NCBI GenBank assembly: GCA_038065755.1
Contig: JBBTQJ010000020.1
Coordinates: forward strand, 1-44,517
Reading direction: 5' to 3'
Origin: Patescibacteria group bacterium
GTDB lineage: Bacteria; Patescibacteriota; Minisyncoccia; Minisyncoccales; Staskawiczbacteraceae
Length of the DNA stretch: 44,517 bases
Position 1 is the stretch's first letter; every line of letters starts with the position of its first letter. The notes under the pieces were generated by a model. The model was given only the letters and a program-made list of their open reading frames with translations, was not told the DNA's origin and searched no databases. Shown piece after piece: positions 34,786 through 42,510 of this stretch. The position numbers and the translations under genes are program-made.

Positions 34786-36321
34786 TTAAATTTTAAACAA
34801 AGCAGCTGTTTTTTTAAGGGTTTTTCCGCCAGCTCCCCAGACGGATAAAAAATCATTGATGAATTTTTGCGGCAAATGCTTGTCTTCTAAAAAAGACGAT
34901 AAGGTTAAGGCAACGGAAAGAATTATGTGATACTCTTCTAAATTTTCCTGTTTAGCTTTTATATAAGCTGGATGAAAATTATTTATCCAAATTTTATTTT
35001 CTAACATTCTAGCAACCGGATCTTTTACGCTTCTATTTTCAAAACCAATAATTAAAGAGGGTAATTTATTGCCTTTCTTTTCTGGAGAAATATTCTTTTT
35101 TACTTCCTGTTTTTCTTTTTCTTTTTTAACGCCTTCCTGACCGCCATTATTATTATCCATTGTTTTGTTTTCTGGCGGCAGATTGTCTTTAACTATGCTT
35201 ACTAGCTGTGCCTCTGTTGATTCAGAAAAAACCGACTCTTTTTGTCTGCTGGTTTTTAAGCCTAATAACGGAGTTAATTCCGGAAAGTTTTTTAAAACGC
35301 TTCTTAAGGTTTTTTCAATTTCCTTAGACAATAATTTGTATTGTTTTTGAGAAGATTCCAGTTCTAAATTTTCTCCAAACTCTTTTAAAATGGGAATTAC
35401 TGCTTCTTGAATAGATTTTCTGTGCAAATAATATTTTTTCAAACTTGCAGCGTCTTTTAAAAAATCCATTTTATTGGTTGTTAAAATTTCTGACAATTCA
35501 GGTATTTCCGCCATTCCATAAATCTGTCCGTGTTCTTTTGGCCAGATGCCAAGCCACTCCCACCCTGATTTAATGACCTTTCCGTAAGTTGAAACGCCCA
35601 ACCCCTGAAAGGGCGCAGTGGCTGCGCCGTCGTATTTAGCCAAAAAACCGGTTCCTGCTAATCGTCTGTTTAAACGTATTTGAAATGTTTTAGACGCAGC
35701 AGGTAAATTATATTCAAAAGAAATTTTTTTGCCGTTTATAAAAAATTCCACTCCTTTTTTATAAACGTGTTTTAAAATCGAACTAAACGGCTCTTGGTGA
35801 AAAAGGGGATAAAAATGATTATATGTTGTTTCTGCAATAAACTTTTCTGACAACAGCGGAGAATTTGAATTTTTAAAAAAAATACTTACGGCGGTTCCTT
35901 TTTCGGGCAGGTTTTTCCCTGAAAACGGAATAAATTTCCAGGGGGCCGATGTTTCGTTTTTTAAATGCCATTCCGCGGCGCATCTCGAGCCGTAGCTACC
36001 CCTTGTTTCTGTTTGCACTTTTTCAGCTATTAACAAAGAAAGCTTGGCGCCGATTCCGGCAAACCCAATTCCCCTGCCCTTTATTTTTGTAGTAGCGGCA
36101 ATGTTGTGATAATTTGTCAGCTCACCCCTTTTCATCCCCTTGCCGTTATCTGCCGCAGTTAAAGTATTGTTCAAACAATCAACATAAAAAGAAATACGGC
36201 TAGCTTTAGAATCTAGCGCGTTGGCGATTAATTCCAATAAAATAATCTCTTCTATTGTAATGGTGTAGCTATCCTTGATGTCTTCTAAAAGATGTTTTAA
36301 ATTAACCTTTGTCTCACGCAT
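34786..36321 (-). CDS. GHKL-superfamily ATPase (HATPase_c_3/MORC-like N-terminal domain) with uncharacterised C-terminus
   Basis: N-box ELIANALDS; G1 DNGKGM; G2 GRGIGFAGIG; 511 aa. Confidence 0.65.
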   Translation of the reverse strand: MRETKVNLKHLLEDIKDSYTITIEEIILLELIANALDSKASRISFYVDCLNNTLTAADNGKGMKRGELTNYHNIAATTKIKGRGIGFAGIGAKLSLLIAEKVQTETRGSYGSRCAAEWHLKNETSAPWKFIPFSGKNLPEKGTAVSIFFKNSNSPLLSEKFIAETTYNHFYPLFHQEPFSSILKHVYKKGVEFFINGKKISFEYNLPAASKTFQIRLNRRLAGTGFLAKYDGAATAPFQGLGVSTYGKVIKSGWEWLGIWPKEHGQIYGMAEIPELSEILTTNKMDFLKDAASLKKYYLHRKSIQEAVIPILKEFGENLELESSQKQYKLLSKEIEKTLRSVLKNFPELTPLLGLKTSRQKESVFSESTEAQLVSIVKDNLPPENKTMDNNNGGQEGVKKEKEKQEVKKNISPEKKGNKLPSLIIGFENRSVKDPVARMLENKIWINNFHPAYIKAKQENLEEYHIILSVALTLSSFLEDKHLPQKFINDFLSVWGAGGKTLKKTAALFKI

Positions 36322-36419
36322 AATTTTTAAATTTATTCAAAAACAATAACGCAATCCCTATTTTTAGAGTATATCTTATTTCTCCAATATTTCAATAATA
36401 ATATTGTCGCACAATAAAA

Positions 36420-36441
36420 CAGTCCCGCCTTGGCGGGACTG
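36420..36441 (-). terminator. intrinsic terminator after rplL
   Basis: cagtcccgcc-tt-ggcgggactg hairpin followed by TTTTATT on the minus strand. Confidence 0.7.
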
Positions 36442-36454
36442 TTTTAAATAATTC

Positions 36455-36862
36455 TTATTTTATCTCAACTTTGGCGCCGGCGGTTTCAAATTTTTTCTTT
36501 ATCTCTTCGGCTTCTTCTTTTTTAACGCTTTCTTTAACAAGTTGGGCTGTTCCAGCTGCCGCCGCGTCAACTAAATCTTTTGATTCTTTTAATCCTTTTG
36601 CCGTAACATCTCTTACCGCTTTAATAACTTCAATTTTTTGAGCCCCTACTTCTTTTAATTCAACATTAAAAGAAGTTTTTTCTTCTACAAGGGTGGCCGC
36701 TCCAGCTGAACCTGCCACAGCTACCGGAACCGAAGCCGAAACGCCAAATTTATCTTCTAAAACTTTTACCAGTTCCGCCAATTCTACAATTGGCATTTTT
36801 TCTATTTCTCCAACTAATTTTTCAAATTTAGCTGACACTTCAACTTTTTTTTCTTCTGCCAT
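36455..36862 (-). CDS. rplL: 50S ribosomal protein L7/L12
   Basis: Typical L7/L12 N-terminal dimerisation region, Ala-rich hinge and C-terminal domain. Confidence 0.95.
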   Translation of the reverse strand: MAEEKKVEVSAKFEKLVGEIEKMPIVELAELVKVLEDKFGVSASVPVAVAGSAGAATLVEEKTSFNVELKEVGAQKIEVIKAVRDVTAKGLKESKDLVDAAAAGTAQLVKESVKKEEAEEIKKKFETAGAKVEIK

Positions 36863-36872
36863 ATTTTTTTAT

Positions 36873-36951
36873 AAGCGAGGCAATAAATTTTTTGAAGGCC
36901 TCAGGACACGAAGTGCCTGATAGCCGGAGAAAAAATTTGATTGCCGAGCGT
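36873..36951 (-). repeat. intercistronic structured element, family B copy 2 (rplJ-rplL spacer)
   Basis: Same terminal blocks as 26576-26662, with a different apical hairpin (tcaggacac-gaa-gtgcctga). Confidence 0.8.
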
Positions 36952-36963
36952 TTAATTGTAATT

Positions 36964-37467
36964 TTATTGTTTTTCTTTATTTTCTCTTATTTTATCTAAC
37001 ACCCTCACAAAGCTTGCTATAGGGCCCGAAAGTGAGCCGACCAATCTGCTTAATAATTCAGGTCTTGGCGGTATGCTGGCCAAAGCCAAAACCCTGTCTT
37101 TTTCTATAAATTTATTTTCAAATAATCCGCCTAAAATTTTAAAATTTTCCTGCTCTTTAGCAAATTTGTTTGAAATTCTAGCCGGAGCAATTTCGTCGTC
37201 TATGCCGAAAACCAATGCCAGCTGACCGGGAATATTTTCTTTTATTTTCTGCCAAAAAGAAATGTTTGACTGGCCAAAGGCAATTCTTACCAATGTTTTC
37301 TTGGCGATTTTTAAAGAGCAACCGGCTTCTTTCAAATTCTTTCTTAAACCAAACATATCTTTTGAGCTTACTTTGGAAAAATCAACAAAAACCAATGATT
37401 TTTGTTTTGAAATATTTTCTTTTAAGCTATTAATTTGATTTTGCTTTTGTTCTTTTGTTAATGCCAT
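36964..37467 (-). CDS. rplJ: 50S ribosomal protein L10
   Basis: 167 aa, L10-like, directly upstream of rplL. Confidence 0.9.
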   Translation of the reverse strand: MALTKEQKQNQINSLKENISKQKSLVFVDFSKVSSKDMFGLRKNLKEAGCSLKIAKKTLVRIAFGQSNISFWQKIKENIPGQLALVFGIDDEIAPARISNKFAKEQENFKILGGLFENKFIEKDRVLALASIPPRPELLSRLVGSLSGPIASFVRVLDKIRENKEKQ

Positions 37468-37587
37468 ATAATAAAAAATCTGCTTACGCAGACAAATTAA
37501 AAATTATTTTAATTTTTAACCTCGGCAGGATTTATTCCCTTGACTACACTCGGGACACCTGCTGTCTGCGGCTTAATTAATTCTATA
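37468..37587 (-). promoter_or_regulatory. rplJ leader with terminator/antiterminator alternative (L10-leader-like)
   Basis: TCTGC-GTAA-GCAGA plus U6 (37479-37492 rc) just before the ATG. Upstream CCGCAGACA can pair with TGTCTGCG. Confidence 0.55.
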
Positions 37588-37593
37588 TAATAT

Positions 37594-37622
37594 ATCTTAA
37601 TCTAATTGTCAAAATATGTCAA
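37594..37622 (-). promoter_or_regulatory. rplJ promoter
   Basis: TTGACA (37617-37622 rc), 17-nt spacer, TAAGAT (37594-37599 rc). Confidence 0.6.
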
Positions 37623-37661
37623 TGATTTTGTCGCACCTGCCTGCGCAGGCAGGCAATAAAA

Positions 37662-38693
37662 CTATCTTAAATATTTTGCTATTGCCGCGTTGTGCTCTTT
37701 TAAGGTTTTGCTGAAAATTGTTTTGCCGCTGTCAGCAGACAAATAATACCAGTATTTTGATTCTGTGGGATAAATAGCGGCCAAAATTGAATCTATTCCC
37801 GGGTTTGAAATGGGTCCCAAGGGCAATCCTTGATATTTATATGTATTATAAGGAGAATTTATTTTAAGGTCTGCAAGCAGGGCGCTTTTATGATTTTTTC
37901 CTGTAATATAATTTATAGTAGCGTCCACCTGCAAGGGCATGCCATCTTCTAATCTCTTCCACAATATTCCTGAAACAATCTTTTTATCGTTAATTGTTTT
38001 TACTTCTTTTTCAATCATAGAGGCCATTGTGATTATTTCAAAAACAGATTTATTTTTCAAGGCAATTGCTTCTTTTAATTCCCTTGTAATCTTTTTTTCA
38101 AAATTAACAAGGATGTTTTTTATTATATCTTCTGGCGACTCCCCTTCTGATATTTCATATGTGTCAGGAAAAAGATAGCCCTCCAAACTTGCTGTTTCTG
38201 GCAATTCAGACAAAAAATCAAACTCCTGGCTATAATCTTGGCTGGCAAGACCTATAAATTCATTTTTGCTGCATATGTTTTTTTCTTCAAAATATTCGGC
38301 TACGTCTTTTATATCCCACCCCTCAATAATGGTGATCTTGTCTTTTATTATGTCTCCTTTGACAAATTTTTTGACAATTTGATAAACAGACATACCAGGG
38401 CCTAAAATATATTTGCCTGCCTGCAACCTTGAGTGCTGAAAAGAAAAGACAACATAAGCCTCAAAAAAATATCTGTTTTTAATTATTCCCTGCTTTTCCA
38501 ATTCCCATGCAATATCTTCGTCTCCCATTCCTTTTTCCGCAACATATGTAATTGTTTCGCGAGACCCAACGTTCTTGGGCGCATAAATTTCTTGCCAAAC
38601 CAAAAAACAAAAAACCGCAAATAATAAAAAACAAAAAATAACAGCCAGTTTTATGATATTTGATTTTTTTATTATAATATTTATATTTTTCAT
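37662..38693 (-). CDS. mltG: endolytic murein transglycosylase MltG (YceG family)
   Basis: N-terminal TM segment, YceG-like domain, NSPYNTYKYQGLPLGPISNPG motif. Confidence 0.85.
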   Translation of the reverse strand: MKNINIIIKKSNIIKLAVIFCFLLFAVFCFLVWQEIYAPKNVGSRETITYVAEKGMGDEDIAWELEKQGIIKNRYFFEAYVVFSFQHSRLQAGKYILGPGMSVYQIVKKFVKGDIIKDKITIIEGWDIKDVAEYFEEKNICSKNEFIGLASQDYSQEFDFLSELPETASLEGYLFPDTYEISEGESPEDIIKNILVNFEKKITRELKEAIALKNKSVFEIITMASMIEKEVKTINDKKIVSGILWKRLEDGMPLQVDATINYITGKNHKSALLADLKINSPYNTYKYQGLPLGPISNPGIDSILAAIYPTESKYWYYLSADSGKTIFSKTLKEHNAAIAKYLR

Positions 38694-38913
38694 ATCTTAA
38701 AAAGCTCGTCTGTTATAATAAAAGCAGACAACCTCGGTCTGGAACGCTGATTTCAGGAACAAATTAAGGGTTTTCTGCCGGTCCCATAGCGAGGCATCTC
38801 GGTCTTGGTTCAGTATACCAAATTCAGCCAAAATTGGAAATTATTTTAATACGAAATTTTACCCAAAACAAAAAGGGTTGAAAAAACAAATCTTTTTATG
38901 ATAGTATGATTAA

Positions 38914-39726
38914 ATGAAAAAACATTATAAAAATAAAATTATAATTTTGAAACTTGGCGGCAGCATAATTACCAAAAAAAATAGCGGCCGGCCGCAAATC
39001 AAAAAAACGGTTGTTAAACAATTAGCCAAAGAGTTAAAATTATTCACTGGTCGCTTTCCTAAAAATAAACTTATTCTTCTCCATGGCGCTGGGTCTTTCG
39101 GCCACCCTTTGGTTTATAAGCATAAATTACTTGAAATGCCTTTGGCCGGCACCCAACTTTTAGCTTTTTCTGAAATTATCCGCTCAATGCGCCATATGGC
39201 CAATTTGCTAACAGATATTTTTCGATCCGCTAAATTACCAATTTTGCCTATCCAAACAAGCGCAATTTTAAATCAAAACAAAAATAAACTGAGTATTTCT
39301 AATGCTCAACAGCTAAAACAAGTGTTAAGTGCTGGTTTTATTCCTCTACTGGGCGGCGATATGGGCTTAACTAAAAAAAATAAAACTATTGTTGTTTCAG
39401 CCGACAAATTAGCTGTTTTACTAACTGAAACTTTTTCTATATCTGAAATAGTTTTTGCAACAGACGTCGATGGCGTATTTGAAGAATTTCCACCGCCAAA
39501 CAACATACAGCCATTTTCCCTTCTTTACAGAAAAAATCTAAAACGTATGCTCAAAAAAATGAGTAAACAAAAAAACCAATATGATGTAACCGGAGGCATG
39601 GCAGGAAAACTCCAAACATTGCTCGACCTCAAAGAAAAAAAAGTAATTATATTTAATGGCTTAAAATCAGGTAACTTAATCAAAGCCCTAATGAATAAGC
39701 CTGTTGGAACTCGCATAATCCTTTAA
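38914..39726 (+). CDS. isopentenyl phosphate kinase (AAK family)
   Basis: ILKLGGSIITKK and LLHGAGSFGH motifs, typical of IPK. Confidence 0.75.
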   Translation: MKKHYKNKIIILKLGGSIITKKNSGRPQIKKTVVKQLAKELKLFTGRFPKNKLILLHGAGSFGHPLVYKHKLLEMPLAGTQLLAFSEIIRSMRHMANLLTDIFRSAKLPILPIQTSAILNQNKNKLSISNAQQLKQVLSAGFIPLLGGDMGLTKKNKTIVVSADKLAVLLTETFSISEIVFATDVDGVFEEFPPPNNIQPFSLLYRKNLKRMLKKMSKQKNQYDVTGGMAGKLQTLLDLKEKKVIIFNGLKSGNLIKALMNKPVGTRIIL

Positions 39727-39786
39727 AAATAAGCCCTGCAAACATATAAAAAAGCGGGTAACTAGCATAAAGTTACCCACTATGTT

Positions 39787-40266
39787 TTATTTGTTCTGTT
39801 CAGGGGCGCAGCAATATCTGCATAGCACCCCTTTTTTATTACTCATAAAATCATTAATCATTTCTCGGGCACCCTGTCGTAGCCAAAGATTAAGCGCTTT
39901 TTCAGGGTTCATCCATTGATAATTACCCACCTCTTTATTTTTTGAATTTTCTGAATCCGGAAGATAGGCATTGTTTGCCTTAATAAGAAAAAGTTTAACC
40001 CAGACGCCAGAAACAATCCGATAATCCCCAATGTATGCTTTAAGCACACCGTCAATAGGAAGGTCGAGCCCGGGAAGTTCTTCGCCAATCAAACGCACAA
40101 CGGTGGAATAATTTGACTCATTGGGCTTGGATGTTTCCATTGGAATAGAAAACATCCCAGAGTATTTGCCAAAATGCGGCTTTGATTCGTGCTCTTGTAA
40201 AACAAGAATCTTCCCTTCCGGATTCTGGACAATCAATGCCACACCACGAACGCGTTGAACAGTCAT
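39787..40266 (-). CDS. Nudix-family hydrolase (divergent Nudix box)
   Basis: E-x7-RLIGEELPG box; 159 aa; strong GGAGGT SD; GC-rich relative to the window. Confidence 0.55.
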   Translation of the reverse strand: MTVQRVRGVALIVQNPEGKILVLQEHESKPHFGKYSGMFSIPMETSKPNESNYSTVVRLIGEELPGLDLPIDGVLKAYIGDYRIVSGVWVKLFLIKANNAYLPDSENSKNKEVGNYQWMNPEKALNLWLRQGAREMINDFMSNKKGVLCRYCCAPEQNK

Positions 40267-40293
40267 TCCTCACCTCCTACCTCCTTTTTATAG

Positions 40294-40992
40294 TTAGGCT
40301 CCAAAACGGCGCTCACGTCCCTGAAAATCTGCCACAGCCTCTTCAAGATCCTCGGGCGTAAACTCTGGCCAAAGCTTTTTCAGAAAAACCATCTGGGCAT
40401 CCGCAATATCCCACATCATAAACCCAGCTGAAAGATGCGGCTCCCCTCCTGTGCGAATTAGAAGATCTACAGGAGGCAAATCTTTAGTTAAAAGCTGTCT
40501 TTTAATCATCTCTCTGCTAACGATGAAAGAGCTATCCTTTTTAGCTTCATCGGCAACCATCTGAAATACCTGAAGCATTTCTTCTATCCCATCATAAGCA
40601 ATAAGGAAATTAAGCATGCCACGCTTGTGCATAGCTGTTGTTTTAACCGCTTCCTTTATGTTTTGTTGGGCCTCTTCGCTCAAGAACGAAGACCAAAACC
40701 CTAAAACGCGAACCCGAATCTGATGCTGATGAATGATCTGACTCTTTGCAAGAGCGCGGAATTGATCGGCAAATAATTTGTCAAGAAAGTTGATTTCTTC
40801 TGAAGGACGCTTTGTCAAATTAGTCATTGAAGCGCCCCAGAAAGTGAAACAATCAATCTTTAGCTCAATTATTTTCTCAACGAGCTGCCCCAACACTTCG
40901 CCGCCTTTTTTATGCCCTGCTATAACAGGGAGCCCATGCATTTTAGCCCAACGGCGATTCCCGTCTGGAATGACTGCTACGTGGAAATTCAT
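40294..40992 (-). CDS. uppS: undecaprenyl-diphosphate synthase (cis-prenyltransferase)
   Basis: IPDGNRRWA and RTGGE...LS motifs. Confidence 0.9.
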   Translation of the reverse strand: MNFHVAVIPDGNRRWAKMHGLPVIAGHKKGGEVLGQLVEKIIELKIDCFTFWGASMTNLTKRPSEEINFLDKLFADQFRALAKSQIIHQHQIRVRVLGFWSSFLSEEAQQNIKEAVKTTAMHKRGMLNFLIAYDGIEEMLQVFQMVADEAKKDSSFIVSREMIKRQLLTKDLPPVDLLIRTGGEPHLSAGFMMWDIADAQMVFLKKLWPEFTPEDLEEAVADFQGRERRFGA

Positions 40993-41004
40993 TTTTTTCT
41001 CCTT

Positions 41005-42087
41005 CTAAAAAGTCCGTTCCACGATATAGTCTGCCAATTCTTCAAGAACCTGCTTTGTATCTGCGCCAATAGGCAGCTTTTTGAGTTCTACTTTCCCGTC
41101 CTCTACTAAAGATTTAGCACGCGAACGAGCGTAATCGAGGGCGCTGCTCAGCCTCATAATTTCTCTAACCTCTTCAATATCAGCCGGACTAACTTGAGGA
41201 TTGCCAAGCAAAAACTTTAGCCGTTCACGCTGAATTGCAGTACCTAATCTGTAAGCTGCCACAGTAAGCAATGTCTGTTTTCCTTCTTTGATATCAGAGG
41301 TAACAGACTTGCCCAATTCTTCCTCGGTCCCAAAAACGCCGAGGATATCATCTTGAATTTGAAAAGCAATGCCCACTGGGATAGCATACCTACTTATCTT
41401 TTCTAATAAATTTTGGTCAGCTCCTGCCAAGATTAACCCAACATGAAGTGGACCCTCAATTGTGTACTTGGCGGTTTTTAAAAGGTAAATCTGCATTACT
41501 GATTCTTCAGAGACTTCCTGCTCAAGGGGCAAAACAACATCAAGCCCTTGGCCGATTACCGTATCTCTGCCTATCTTATACATCTTTTGAAATGCCTGTA
41601 CTATCCTCTCTGCTGGCAGATTGGCCAAAGTTAGTGCTTCAGTAGCCATCACGCAACTCAAATCGCCAACCAATATTGCCATAGAGTGGCAAAAGTGCTG
41701 ACTTTGGGCGCTGTTTTCAAAAACTTGACCAGACCAAGCTTCAAACATTTTATGCATGGTAGGCCGAGCTCTTCTGATATCAGACAAATCAATGATATCG
41801 TCGTGAATTAACAAAAAATTGTGCAGTAACTCAATTGCAACTGCCGCTGAAAAAATATCCTCTGATTTCTCTCCACCGCCAGCCTGATATCCAAGTGCCA
41901 CGAGAACCGCACGGATTCGCTTTCCGCCCCCAACTGAAAAATCAATCATTTTTTCAGTTAAAAGTTGACCCATGGTGTCTATTTCTGTAAATTCCCCGAG
42001 TTTCTCTTCAAGATACCGGTTAAAATAAGGCTCGAAAGCCACCTTAAACTCTTTAAAATACTGCTGAATTCTCTCTGACGTTTCCAT
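41005..42087 (-). CDS. trans-polyprenyl diphosphate synthase (FPP/GGPP synthase family)
   Basis: First DDxxD-type motif HDDIIDLSDIRR and second motif QIQDDILG. Confidence 0.85.
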   Translation of the reverse strand: METSERIQQYFKEFKVAFEPYFNRYLEEKLGEFTEIDTMGQLLTEKMIDFSVGGGKRIRAVLVALGYQAGGGEKSEDIFSAAVAIELLHNFLLIHDDIIDLSDIRRARPTMHKMFEAWSGQVFENSAQSQHFCHSMAILVGDLSCVMATEALTLANLPAERIVQAFQKMYKIGRDTVIGQGLDVVLPLEQEVSEESVMQIYLLKTAKYTIEGPLHVGLILAGADQNLLEKISRYAIPVGIAFQIQDDILGVFGTEEELGKSVTSDIKEGKQTLLTVAAYRLGTAIQRERLKFLLGNPQVSPADIEEVREIMRLSSALDYARSRAKSLVEDGKVELKKLPIGADTKQVLEELADYIVERTF

Positions 42088-42290
42088 TCTCCGTTCCCTT
42101 CAATTTTCTACCCATATTCATTTGTCAAGGGCGGAAAACCGCTTCCCGCCGTGCTGTTTTTAATCTAATGCATATATTTGATTTAGTCAAATAAACTTGA
42201 GTAATTAAACTAAAAATCGTCCCGCAAGCGTGACGATTTTTAGTTTTACTTTTTAGTTGAGGCGTCTCGGTCTAAAGAACGCGCTCAAGC

Positions 42291-42364
42291 TGGCAGGGGC
42301 GCCTGGACTCGAACCAGGGACAAAGATTTTGGAGATCTTTATGATACCACTTCACCACGCCCCC
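42291..42364 (-). tRNA. tRNA-Trp (anticodon CCA), CCA end encoded
   Basis: Hand fold: GGGGGCG/CGCCCCT acceptor, anticodon arm AAGAT-CTCCAAA-ATCTT, T-arm CCTGG-TTCGAGT-CCAGG, discriminator G plus CCA. Confidence 0.85.
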
Positions 42365-42510
42365 ATTCTATCCTGTATCCTATATCCTACATATGTTTTT
42401 TATATCACAATAAACGCCGCTTTTCAATCATTTTAAAATAAAAAGCCCAAGAAACTTTCCTTGTTTCCCGGGCTATGCGTTTTTCTAAAAAACACTTCCG
42501 TGCGAGGGGC

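Noticed and set aside
32800-37700. Integron-like cassette array (genes separated by palindromes with conserved ends)
   Set aside because: No integrase is present. The same motif/hairpin junctions flank core genes (rplJ, rplL, mraZ, mraY), and the motifs precede recognisable -35/-10 promoters. Terminator/promoter junctions explain this better.
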